64,000 nt of DNA from Octopus sinensis (lineage: Eukaryota): the NCBI RefSeq assembly GCF_006345805.1, contig NC_042997.1, forward strand, positions 112,096,001 through 112,160,000, written 5' to 3'. Below the pieces are notes generated by a model, which was given only the letters and a program-made list of their open reading frames with translations, had not been told where the DNA came from and did not search any database. A program made the position numbers and the translations under genes. Each line of letters starts with the position of its first letter. The stretch's first letter is position 1. Positions 12,488 through 25,879 of this stretch are shown in pieces.

Positions 12488-13539
12488 GTATGTCACAATT
12501 CTTCTTGGTTTTATGTCGGTACAACCTACCACTTCTCTATGCAATGGCTTTTTTTAGTACTGACCCCTTGTTCCCCAGAGTAAACCCTGTGCCCTGAATT
12601 ACTTGCACGTCATTGTTACTCAGCTTAACCTCCCTCCAATCCCTCCTCACAGCTCTGTCACTTATGGCTATAATGACTGATATCTCACAACAACCAAACA
12701 CTGCCAGAAAATTTTACTCAAGACATTATTCTTACAATTTGATAATTCTGTTAAGAAAGCGAAACTTCTTTCTTCTACCAACACAGATAACAACTCTTTT
12801 GCAATGAAGGAGGTTGTTGTTGTTGTTGTTATTGGAGTGTTGGTGTTGTTGAAGTGGTGGTGTTGATGTTGTTGGAGTGGTGGCGTTGGTGATGGTGTTG
12901 GTGGTGGTGGTGATGGTGGTGATGGTGATGGCACTGGCAGTAGTGGTTATGATGTGTGTTGTGGTGATGGTGGTAGCAGTGGTGTGTCAGTGGTGATGGT
13001 GGTGGCACTGGCAGTAGTGGTTATGATGTGTGTTGTGGTGATGGTAGTGGTGTGTCAGTGGTGGTGGTAGTGGTGGTGGTGGTGTCTGTGGTGGTAGTGG
13101 TGGTAGTGGTGGTGTAGATGGTGATGGTATCAGTGATGGTGGTGATGGTGATGGTGGTGGTGTCAGTGGTGAAGTTCGCGATGCTGTTCTTATAATATCC
13201 CCCTCCACCACGACAACCACCTGCTCTACTAATCAGGTCACCCAGATTACAGAAAACCTCTCTATGACATTTAATTATTAGCCATCTGTATTTTTTAAAT
13301 ATTTTATAGACTTCCTCTCAATGAAGTTTCTACTCCTAAATATTCTTCTATATCACTGGGTGCACCTAAATATATGGGTCCTCCCCCCATTCTATCTGAG
13401 AACCCCAGAATTGACACCCATTGTGGAAGCTCAATAAATAGTGTTGACTTCTTACTTGTCCCGTTTCTGTATGTGACACAGGCCCCTTATAAGCTCTATG
13501 TAACCCCTACTCTCTAAGCTCTAAATATCCAAAGACTGT

Positions 13540-13855
13540 GAAGACATATGGCTTAATGGTTAGGGTATTTAGCTCACAGTCCTAAGGTTATGAGTTCAAT
13601 TCTTGGTGGTATCTTGCACTCTTGAGCAAGACCCTTTATTTCACATTGCTGCAGTTCACTCAGCTCACAAAAAGTGTGTTTTACCTGTATTTCAAAGGGA
13701 CAGCCTTGTCATTCTGTGTCATGCTGAAAATCCTTGAGAACTGCATTAAGAGTACAAATGTCTGAGGAGTACTCAGCCACTTGCACATTAATTTCACAAG
13801 CAGGCTGTTCTTTTGATTGGGTCAACTGGAACACTTGTCATCGTAACCAATGGAC
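13540..13855 (+). mobile_element. SINE family D
   Basis: A-box TGGCTTAATGG, B-box GAGTTCAATTC, family-D core. Confidence 0.85.
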
Positions 13856-14594
13856 TGTCTGTATATCCATAGACCAATTGGTGATATCCATAGCTAGGAA
13901 GGCAGTATCCATAGCTACCATATGAAGAGAGAGGAATTGACCCTTTAGCATTCAGATTCGGAGTGGTTGGCATTAGGAAGGGCATCCAGCTGTAGAAACT
14001 CTGCCAGATCAAGATTGGAGTCTGGTGCAGCCATCTGGTTCACCAGCCCTAAGTCAAACTGTCCAACCCATACTAGCTTGGAAAGCGGACATTAAATGAT
14101 GATGATGATGATGATGATGATTTCTTTGTTAAATGCAATGCTTATTTATTCACATTGTTTTGAATTAATCATGCATTACATCACAGCTTTGAGATTTTGA
14201 TGATGATCAACATCATCATTGTCTAACATCTGCTTTCCATGCTGGCATGGGTTGGATGGTTTGACTGAGGACTGGTGAGGCAAAAGGCTGCACCAGACTC
14301 CAATCCAATCCAATCCAATCGGGCAATGTTTCTACAGCTGGATGCCCTACCTAACACCAACTACTCTGAGAGTGTAGTGAGTGATTTTTATGTGCTACCA
14401 GCACAAGGGCCAGTCAGGCAGTACTTGAATGGTGCTTTTTATGTGCCACTAGCACACAAGCCAGTCAGGCAGCACTGGCATTGACCACACTCGAATGGTG
14501 CTTTTTATGTGCCACTGACACGGGACCAGTCAGACAGCACTGGCATCAACCATGCTCGAATGGCGCTTTTTATCTGCCAACATTGTAAGAGAGC

Positions 14595-14730
14595 ATTATT
14601 TACATTATTTACATTTGACGGATATTTGTACTCTTCTTGTTTGTTGCTAACACGTTTCGGCTGATATACCCTCCAGCCTTCATCAAGCATATGGCGTAGT
14701 AGTTAAGAGCCCAGGCTACTAACCCCAAGA
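14595..14730. mobile_element. SINE family G fragment (minus-strand body with hammerhead fold fused to a plus-strand tRNA head)
   Basis: 14595-14686 matches 59450-59533; 14687-14730 GCATATGGCGTAGTAGTTAAGAGC... is the head in the opposite orientation. Confidence 0.8.
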
Positions 14731-14782
14731 TTCATTTAACATCCGTTTTCCATGCTAGCATGGGTTGGACAAAAAATGTGTG

Positions 14783-14899
14783 ATGCTTACAGCACCTAGG
14801 TTTCCCAAGCAGTCACCCATCTAAGTACTAATGAGGCTCATCGTTGCTTAACTTCAGTGATTGGATGAGAACCGGTATTTTCAACGTGATATTGCCGTA
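14783..14899 (-). pseudogene. 5S rRNA pseudogene or 5S-derived retrocopy
   Basis: Minus strand TACGGCAATATCACGTTGAAAATACCGGTTCTCATCCAATCACTGAAGTTAAGCAACGATGAGCCTCATTAGTACTTAGATGGGTGACTGCTTGGGAAACCTAGGTGCTGTAAGCAT follows metazoan 5S with many substitutions, several at CpG. Confidence 0.9.
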
Positions 14900-14919
14900 T
14901 ATATATATATATATATATC

Positions 14920-14957
<38 letters not shown>

Positions 14958-16299
14958 ATATAACACCAAAATAAGCAACAAGGATATCCAGAGGTAATGT
15001 AGTACGATCGTTTCAAGCAACTCCATTTAATTGAACAATACAATCATTACATCAGTTTAAATGCAGAGCAATCCTCAGCTGCATAAAGACAAAGAATTCA
15101 ATTAAATTAAAACAGATGGACACATTAGTATAATTTTACCTAAAATCTCCAAGAAGGATAGGAAATAGACAAAGAACATGCTGTCTTCACTTCAGCTTAG
15201 AAGCTATTAAGGTATGGTATTATCCATACAATTTCAAAACACAGGAATTCGGGAGTAGCTGTCCATGGAACTTTTATATGGCAATAACGTGATTCTTCTC
15301 AAAGAATATGTCAAAGATCTGCAGAAAAGTAGTCATCAGCTGATTGGAGTGTTGAACCAGTCTTTGAGATTAAATGTCCAATGCAAATAAGTAAATAATT
15401 ATTATTCTTTGTAAGCCTAGCACTTATTCTATCAGTCTCCTTCACCAAACCACCAAGTTATGGGGAGGTAAACACACCGACATCAGTTGTCAAGTGATGG
15501 TGGAGGATAAACACATATAAAAGTTCCATGGACAGCTATTCCCGAATGCCTGTGTTTTGTCTGGAAAAACCAGTGTGCATGTGTGTGTGTTTGTGTATAG
15601 GCTCTGTGTATGTGTGTGCGTGTGTATGTATGTGTATATGTATGTCTATACATTAGCATGAACTGTGTGTATGCATATGTGAGTATAAATATATATGTGT
15701 GCTCACACACATGCATACATGCACACACTTATAAACTGTTTTGTGTATATAACACACTGTAATTGTTTTAGGTGCTCCAGCATGGCCAGAGCCTTAAAGC
15801 TGGAGCATATCTGAATTCCCAGTTCTATGAAATTATCTCCTCCTACCTATAAGATTCTCTCACAGATGTCACTATGTTTTATTTCCTTTCTCCAACAAAA
15901 AATTCAAATTTTAACTATCAAGAAAAATCTATACCCCACAGGCAGTTGGAAAAAATGTTCTATTTTCGATATTTTACTACAATTATTTAATACAAAAGAA
16001 TCTACCAGTAACTCTTTTTTAAAGTACAGAGTACAAAAGGAAGTACATTATTGATTAAGAAAAAAAAGTGGATGACTTTTATGAGAACTTTGTGCCTGGC
16101 AACTACAGTATCATGCCCCACCACATTTTCCTAGGCCCCACGTTGGGAATCACTGGTCTACACCATTCAGTACATCAGTGCTATTCAAAGTGGTGGTCTC
16201 CGGACCAGCACCAGTCCATGAGCCATCACCTGCTGCTACGTGGCAATTTTCTAGTTAAGAAACTTTACAAAATGCTTATAAAATTCTTATGTGATAGTG

Positions 16300-16541
16300 T
16301 ATTATTTACTCTTTTACTTGTTTCAGTCATTTGACTGTGGCCATGCTGGAGCTCTGCCTTTAGTCGAACAAATCGACCCCAGTATTTATTCTTTGCAAGC
16401 CTAGAATTTATTCCATCGGCCTCTTCTGCCGAACCACTAAGTTATGGGGATGTAAACACACCAGCATCGATTGTCAAGCAATGTTGGGGGGACATACACA
16501 GAGACACAAACGTATACACACACACATACACACATATATAA

Positions 16542-16600
<59 letters not shown>

Positions 16601-16604
16601 TATA

Positions 16605-16652
<48 letters not shown>

Positions 16653-19550
16653 TATATATGTATATATATATATGAGATGTTAATGATGATGATGATATAT
16701 ATATATACATATATAGAAGACAACTGGACGTTTCTAAGGGACAACCTGCTGAGAGCCACTGACCAGATCTGTGGCTTGTGCAAAGTCCCCTCTCGACCTA
16801 GAATAACGTGATGGTGGAACAATGTTGTAGACAGGGCTATTAGAGAAAAGGGACAGGCTTGGAAGGACTGGTAAAATGGGGGTAGCAGGGAATTGTATCA
16901 GACTGCCAAAAGAGAAGCTAGGAGACAGGTTTATTTAGCCAGAGGGTAAGCAGATAAGAAAAAATTTGCCAATGTTCTGCGCCGTGTGGACCAAAGACTG
17001 GAGGTGTTTCGCGTTGCAAGACAGTGTGTGAGAGAGAATCGTGATGTGGTAGGAGAGAAGTGTGTTCGCATGGAAGATGGTTCACTTGCGCTAAATGAGG
17101 ATGCAAAGAGAGAGGTTTGGAGACGCCACTATGAAAGGTTGCTGAATAAAGAAAATGAATGGGATAAAGAGAGTCTGCCGAATGTTGACCCAACAGAGGG
17201 ACCAGCTATCCGAGTTGATAGTTCCTTGGTAGTTAAGGCAATTAGAAGCATGAAGACAGGGAAAGCCCCCAGGCCCATCAGGAATCACTACAGAGATGCT
17301 CAAAATATCTGGTAGTGTCGGCTATAGCCTAGTCACCCGTATAGTTAATCAGGTGATACACTGGTGTAGCAGCATAATAGTCAACTGCTACAAAGGTAAA
17401 GGTGACACCCTAGATACAAATAATTACAGAGGTATCAAGCTGTTGGATCAGGTGATGAAGGTTACGGAGAGGGTCATAGCCCAACTAATTAGAGAGAGAG
17501 TTAGTTTAGATGAGATGCAGTTTGGGTTCGTGCCAGGGAAAAGTACCACTGATGCTATATTCCTGGTAAGGCAGCTGCAGGAGAAATACCTAGCCAAAGA
17601 TAAGCCAAAGATAACCTGGCTTTTGTTGACATGGAGAAAACCTTCGACAGGATCCCCCAATCCCTTATCTGGTGGTCAATGAGGAAACTAGGGATAGATG
17701 AATGGTTAGTGAGAGCTGTGCGAGCCATGTACAGGACGCTGCTAGTAAGGTGAGGGTTGGCAACGAGTACAGTGAAGAATTCCGGGTAGAGGTAGGGGTC
17801 CACCAAGGCTCAGTCCTCAGCCCCCTCCTATTTATCATAGTCCTCCAGGCAATAACGGAGGAATTCAAGACAGGATGCCCTTGGGAACTCCTCTATGCTG
17901 ATGACCTTGCTCTAATTGCTAAGTCACTATCAGAACTGGAGGAGAAGTTTCAGTTGTGGAAACAAGGATTAGAATCGAAGGGCCTTAGAGTCAATCTAGC
18001 TAAAACCAAAGTCGTAATCAGTAGGAAGGTAGACAAATCACAAACGCCTTCAGGTAGATGGCCCTGCTCGATCTGTAGAAAAGGTGTAAGTAGAAACTCT
18101 ATAAGATGCACCAAGTGTAAGCTATGGACACATAAGAGGTGCAGCAATGTCAAAGGAAGGCTAACTAGGAAGATGGTTTTTTTGTATGTGGCAGATGCTC
18201 AGGAACAATAAACACTGAAAATGCTCTGAGACCAACTTCCGTCACTTTCCAGGGAGAAAAACTAGAAATAGTTGATAGCTTCCGTTACCTAGGTGACCAA
18301 GTCAGCAGCGGGGGCGGGTGTGCTGAAAGTGTAACTGCTAGAGTAAGAATAGCTTGGGCAAAGTTCAGAGAGCTCTTACCTCTGCTGGTGACAAAAGGCC
18401 TCTCGCACAGAGTAAAAGGCAGACTGTATGATGCGTGTGTACGAACAGCCATGCTACATGGCAGTGAAACATGGGCCGTGACTGCTGAGGATATGCGTAA
18501 GCTCACAAGAAATGAAGCCAGTATGCTCCGATGGATGTGTAATGTCAGTGTTCATACTCGACAGAGTGTAAGTACCTTGAGAGAAAAGCTGGACCTAAGA
18601 AGCATCAGTTGTGGTGTGCAAGAGAGATGATTGCGCTGGTATGGGCATGTGGCGAGAATGGATGAAGATAGTTGTGTGAAAAAGTGCCACACCCTAGCGG
18701 TTGAGGGAACCTGCGGAAGAGGCAGACCCAGGAAAACCTGGGACGAGGTGGTGAAGCACGACTTCGAACTTTAGGTCTCACTGAGGAAATGACTAGAGAC
18801 CGAGACCTCTGGAAGTATGCTGTGCGCGAGAAGACCCGGCAGGACAAGTGAGACCATAACCGGTGGCCTTCTACATGGGATGGAGCCAGCCTACGTATGC
18901 ATACCTTCCCTTCTTGGGACACAAAACTCTACTTGTGAAGACCTGTTGAGGCAAGTGAGGATCAGAATCGAAATCGATCAATGGAAATTGCAGCTGAGTT
19001 ACCAGTGCCGGTGGCATGTAAGAGAACCATCCGTTCGTGACCGTTGCCAGCGCCGCCCTGACTGGCCTCATGCCGGCTGCACATAAAAAGCACCATCCGT
19101 TCGTGTCCGTTGCTAGCCTCGCCTGGCCCCCATGCTAGCGGCACGCAAAAGCACCATCCGTTTGTGGCCGTATGCCAGCCTCGTCTGGCACCTGTGCAGG
19201 TGGCACGTAAAAAGCACCCACTACACTCACGGTGTGGTTGGCGTTAGGAAGGGCATCCAGCCGTAGAAACACTGCCAAATCAGACTGGGCCTGATGCAGC
19301 CTTCTGGCTTCACAGACCCCAGTTGAACTGTCCAACCCATGCTAGCATGGAAAGCGGACGCTAAATGATGATGATGATGATATACGACAGGTTTCTTTCA
19401 GTTTCCGTCTACCAAATCCACTCACAAGGCTTTGGTTGGCCCGAGGCTATAGTAGAAGACACTTGCTCAAGGTGCCATGCAGTAGGATTGAACCCAGAAC
19501 CATGTGGTTGGTAAGCAAGCTACTTATCACACAGCTACTCCCACTCCTAC
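16300..19550 (-). mobile_element. SINE family A split by a nested RTE LINE
   Basis: 3' half at 16300-16500 and 5' half at 19384-19550 flank the RTE copy and the TA tract. Confidence 0.8.
16716..19381 (+). mobile_element. RTE-clade LINE, 5'-truncated, ORF2 disrupted (RT region, PHD-type finger, 3' UTR, (GAT)n tail)
   Basis: Peptides NYRGIKLL, QFGFVPGKSTTDAIF, GVHQGSVLSPLLF, LLYADDL, FRYLGD, LHGSETW, GRPRKTW across frameshifts; 3' UTR 18852-19381. Confidence 0.95.
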
Positions 19551-19688
19551 AAAATGAATAGAAAATTTTTAAAAAATGTCGACTTCTATTATATTCATTA
19601 TATATATTGTTTCTGGTATAAATTAATATTACTAAGAAATATTACCAGTCCCTGGTACATTGGAAAAAAAAAAAAAAAAAACTACCAG

Positions 19689-19849
19689 TATAGGAATGGC
19701 TATGTGGTAAGTAGCTTGCTTACGAACTACATGGTTCTAGGTTCAGTCCCACTGTATGGCACCTTGGGCAAGTGTCTTCTACTATAGCCTTGGGCCAACT
19801 AAAGCCTTGTGAATAGATTTGATAGATGGAAACTGAAAGAAGCCCGTCG

Positions 19850-19896
<47 letters not shown>

Positions 19897-20800
19897 TCAT
19901 CATCATCATCATCATCATCATCGTTTAGCGTCCGTTTTCCATGCTAGCATGGGTTGGACGGTTCTACTGGGGTCTGTGAAGCCAGAAGGCTTCATCAGGC
20001 CCAGTCAAATCTGGCAGTGTTTCTACGGCTGGATGCCCTTCCTAATGCCAACAACTCCGTGAGTGTAGTGGGTGCTTTTTACGTGCCACCCACACAAGTG
20101 CCAGACAGAGCTGGCAAGCGGCCCCGAACGGATGGTGCTTTTTATGTGCCACCGGCACGAGGCCAGTCGGGGGGCGCTGGCAACGGTCGCGAAACGGAAG
20201 GTTCTCTTACATGCCACCGGAAGGTTCTCTTACATCTGCAATTTCCATTGATCGATTTCGATTCTGATCCTCACTTGCCTCAACAGATCTTCACAAGTAG
20301 AGTTTCGACATGCCACCGGCACTGGTAACACATCTGCAATTTCCGTTGATCGATTTCGATTCTGATCCTCACTTGCCTCAACAGGTCTTCACAAGTAGAG
20401 TTTTGTGTCCCAAGAAGGGAAGGTATGCATACGTAGTCTGGCTCCATCCCATGTAGAAGGCCACGGGTTATGGACTTGTCCTGCCGGGTCTTCTCGTGCA
20501 CAGCACACTTCCAGAGGTCTCAGTCTCTAGTCATTTCCTCAGTGAGACCTAAAGTTCGAAGGTCGTGCTTTACCACCTCGTCCCAGGTTTTCCTGGGTCT
20601 GCCTCTTCCGCAGGTTCCCTCAACCGCTAGGGTGTGGCACTTTTTCACACAACTATCTTCATCCATTCTCGCCACATGACCATACCAACGCAAACGTCTC
20701 TCTTGCACACCACAACTGACGCTTCTTAGGTCCAGCTTTTCTCTCAAGGTACTTACACTCTGCCGAGTATGAGTACTGACATTACACATCCATCGGAGCA

Positions 20801-20844
<44 letters not shown>

Positions 20845-21070
20845 GTATGTGTATATGTTTGTGTGTCTGTGTTTGTCCCCAGCCCCAGCCTCACTTGACA
20901 ACCGATCCTGGTGTGTTTACGTCCCCGTAACTTAGCAATTCGGCAAAAGAGACCGATAGAATAAGTACTAGGCTTACAAAGAATGAGTCCTGGGGTTGAT
21001 TTCCTCGATTAATGGCAGTGCTCCAGCATGGCCGCAGTCACATGACTGAAACAAGTAAAAGAGTAAAAGA
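19689..21070 (+). mobile_element. SINE family A split by a nested RTE LINE
   Basis: 5' half 19689-19852 and 3' half 20850-21070 flank the minus-strand RTE copy. Confidence 0.8.
19893..20804 (-). mobile_element. RTE LINE 3' fragment (ORF2 end and 3' UTR) with an internal tandem duplication
   Basis: MLRWMCNVS...GRPRKTWDEVVKHDL on the minus strand; about 95 percent identical by eye to 18520-19000; duplicated block within 20200-20400. Confidence 0.95.
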
Positions 21071-21289
21071 GGTATGCCACTTCAGATAGTTTGAGAAGCC
21101 CTGCAGTACATCACCCTTTAACTGAATCATTCAATTTTATGGTGTTGGTTCATTTGAGTTACTTCCCTTAGATCGTATATATATTTTTTAAATATGCATT
21201 GAGGGTATGAATCATTGTGCAACCAAAGTAACAGTTGCACTCACTCAGATGTACCTGCCAACCTACATATTTTCATATATTCACTTATC

Positions 21290-21920
<631 letters not shown>

Positions 21921-22189
21921 TGTTATGAATCTGCAATCTCCAATTGCCCTGCTACTAATTCCTTCACATCAATAACAAGAACTGAGAATATTTATTGATT
22001 CCCGTCAGAACTTGACGTTTCCCTCTCCCCTGTTCCTCCATCTGCTACAAACATTTAGTCCTTCACCCCCTCCTCTCCCTACCACCCTTTATTTGATATT
22101 CTCTGATTTACGTTGCCTCACCATACATACTGGAGCTCCTCTCAGCCTAAAGCTAACCCCTTCATTCACGTGCTCACACATTAAATGCA

Positions 22190-22839
22190 CTGAGACACAC
22201 CTATATACAAACACACGCCTACATACAAATGTACACACGCATACACACAGAAACACACATACACACCTATATGCAAACACACATCTACATTCAAATTTAC
22301 ACACACACACGCACACATACACACACAAACAAACACATACACATATGTACAAACACACATACACACAGAAACACACACCTATATGCAAACACACGTCTAC
22401 ATTCAAATTTACACACACACATGTACACATACACACACAAACAAACACATACACCTATGTACAAACACACACACCTATATAGAAACACATACCTACATAC
22501 AAATGTACATGCACATACACACAGAAACACACACACACACACACCTATATGCAAACACACATCTACATTCAAATTTACACACACACACATTCACACATAC
22601 ACATACAAACAAACACATACACCTATATACAATCACACGCCTACATACAAATGTACACACACATGTGCACACACACATACACACACACTGATACACACAC
22701 ACTGATACACACACACACAGACAAATGTACTAAATCTTACACAAATATACACGCATACACACATAAACACCTATATATACAAATGAATACACACACACAC
22801 AGACATACACGCTAATACATCTATATACAAATGCACACA

Positions 22840-22870
<31 letters not shown>

Positions 22871-22890
22871 CACACACACACACACACACA
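22190..22890. repeat. CA-rich minisatellite, unit of about 120 bp containing CTACATTCAAATTTACAC
   Basis: Marker string recurs at about 22285, 22397 and 22563. Confidence 0.85.
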
Positions 22891-23042
22891 TTAATAACTG
22901 AAGCAAAATTTTCTAGAAAATTTACTCCCATGATTCTTCCTTTCATATGATGATACAAAAAAATGTATATACATCAATTCATCCACCTACACATCCATAT
23001 ATATAACTTCCCATTCTCCATTTTCTTTTTCTTCTTTATATA

Positions 23043-23133
<91 letters not shown>

Positions 23134-23564
23134 ATATATATGTATGTATATATATATATATGTTTTTATATATATACATGCATCTAGTGTATATATAGGC
23201 ATGCTGGCATGTATGAGCATGTGTAGAAGTTCTATTGATTTTATGATATACCTATACCTATATATAAATATCAAAATACTGAAGCAAGCTGCTTTTTAAG
23301 TAACACACTCATGTTAACACACACACACACACACACAAATGCAGTTGTGTTCTTTTTTAATACCTATGCCACACCTAGAAACCAGTCCTGAGCCAGATCT
23401 GTGGTTTAAATTAAATTCGGTCCTTGCATAGGATACCTTCATGGTTGTTTTACCTCACTGTGAACCCTTTCTTATTACACCTAGCCACTTTTGGTGTCCA
23501 ATGTGTTGATGTGCTTAGATTCTATTCAACCCTATAACTAGTCTATCTATCTATCTATCTATCT

Positions 23565-23619
<55 letters not shown>

Positions 23620-23665
23620 GTCTAGCTGTCTATCTATCTGTCTGTCTGTCTGTCTGTCTATCTAC

Positions 23666-23725
<60 letters not shown>

Positions 23726-23749
23726 TATCTATCTATCTATCATCTATCT

Positions 23750-23782
<33 letters not shown>

Positions 23783-23783
23783 T

Positions 23784-23845
<62 letters not shown>

Positions 23846-24044
23846 TCTATCTATCTATCTATATATATATAGATATATATAGATATATATTCACAATTTA
23901 GGTTAGTTGAAATATGTTTGTCACATATTTCAACTGCTAAACGGCAAATACACTGCAGTTACCATGGAGATTAAAAATCTCTCTTATGGTAAAAAGGTGT
24001 GAAAACACCCAGTTCGTTCAGTGTCACCATCTCTTGGGGATCTC

Positions 24045-24213
24045 AGACATCAATGTTTCTAGTTTTTGACTTAAGAGAGGTAACTCTGAACAAACTTAAT
24101 GAAGGCTGGCAAGTACATCAGCTGAAACGTGTTAACAAGAAACAAGATGAGAACAAATATCCATCAAATGTAAATAATGTACGTTAATTCCTCATCTCTC
24201 AGATATAGAACTG
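24045..24213 (+). mobile_element. SINE family G body (degenerate hammerhead fold and terminal segment)
   Basis: TTAATGAAGGCTG...CAGCTGAAACGTGTTAAC followed by AATTCCTCATCTCTCAGATATAGAACTG, matching the reverse complement of 59414-59440. Confidence 0.75.
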
Positions 24214-25049
24214 TATTTTACAAATACAACATGTAAGTGGAACAGTAAAAGTATGCAAGACTTTTCTCGAGTTTAAAATGTGACATTGTTTTTGTTATCT
24301 ACATTCCAACAATGGAGCTTTGTGTCTTTTTTAGAAACCAATTCCTTCCTCAAAGGATGAATTTAAGTAATTAAAAACAGAAGGGTACATATATAGATGT
24401 TTGTGTGTGTGTGCATGTGATCATCATCATCATCATCATCTATTCTTCATCATCATCATTATCATCATCTATTCATCATCATCATCTATTCATCATCATC
24501 ATCATCATCATCAACCCTCACACACTTCCAAGCAAGGTAATCTTTCCCTTTGGCCAGACAAGGTTTTCTTGGAAGATTCCAAACAAACAATACTGCTTGT
24601 ATAATGATGTCTCTTTCTACAACTGTCATGCTGTCAGACAGACAGACACACACACACACACTCTCATACACACACACACACGCATACTCTCACACATACA
24701 CAAACTTATACATGCACACACACATACACACACTCACACTCATGCACACACACAAACTTACACACACACACACTCACATACATCCATACACACACAAAGT
24801 TACACACATACACATTCACACACATACAAACTCACACACACACACACACAAACACATGTAACTTATATTTTAATCTTCGATATTTCTTATTAGCTATTTA
24901 GGATGCTCTTCTGTTTTATCATGTCAGCATGGGTTAGATGAATACATATCATTGAATTAGTGTTTTTACAACTGGATGCTTTTACTGTCACCAATCTTTA
25001 CCAACTTTTCAAGAAAAGGAATTTTCTTTCCATTTGTCTTTGAAAGCAT

Positions 25050-25435
25050 AGAACTACCAAACAACTTGGAAATGTCAACAATGCCACCACCTGTAGCTCA
25101 GTGATTTTCCAGAGATATGCAAACCCCCTCAATAGAACTCCCCACTTCCAATTTGAGGGGTTTCTGTTTTGCAAGGTACTTAGTAACCCTCCTGGTGCTG
25201 GTGCCACATTTAAAGCACTGGTGCTGGGGCAGCGTAAAAAGCACCTGTGCTAGTGCCATGTTAAAAGCACCCAGTACACACTGTAAAGTGGTTGGCATTA
25301 AGAAGGGCAGCCAGGTGTATAAACCTTGCCAAGACACACAGTGGAACCTGGTGAGGTTCCTGGCTTTGCCATTTCCTGTCAAACTGTCCAATCCATGCCA
25401 GCATGGAAAATGGACATTTAAATGACGATGATGAT
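25050..25435 (+). mobile_element. RTE 3'-tail fragment (older subfamily)
   Basis: AAAAAGCACC units, GTGGTTGGCATTAAGAAGGGCA, CCATGCCAGCATGG, (GAT)n. Confidence 0.8.
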
Positions 25436-25879
25436 GCAAAATGAAAGCATTTATACAGACCTTCCCACTCCCCCCCATACACGATGGGCTTCTTTCAGTT
25501 TTTGCTTATGAGATTCACATACAAGTCATTGGTTGGCTCAGGAATAAAGATCAAGGCGCTATGCAATGAGAATGAACCCAAAACCCTATGGTCAGGAAGC
25601 AAGCTTCTTAACCCCACAACCACACCTGTACAAATGACCCATATTTGATGGCATAAAGGACACATGAGCATATTAGAGGCAGCCCAACGTCAGTAGCACA
25701 TCATCATCATCATCATCATCATTTAACAGCTATTATCCCTGCTGGCATGGGTTGGACGGTTTGACCAGGGCTGGCAAGGCTGGAAGGCTGCACCAGACCC
25801 CAGTCTGATTTGGTATGGTTTTTACAACTGGATGCCCTTCCTAATGCCTTCCACTCCAAAAGTGTGTTAATGCATGTAA

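Noticed and set aside
18990-19220. CRISPR-like repeat-spacer pattern of GGCACGTAAAAAGCACC units
   Set aside because: Spacers are homologous to each other, the array is part of the RTE 3' UTR, and the context is eukaryotic with no cas genes.
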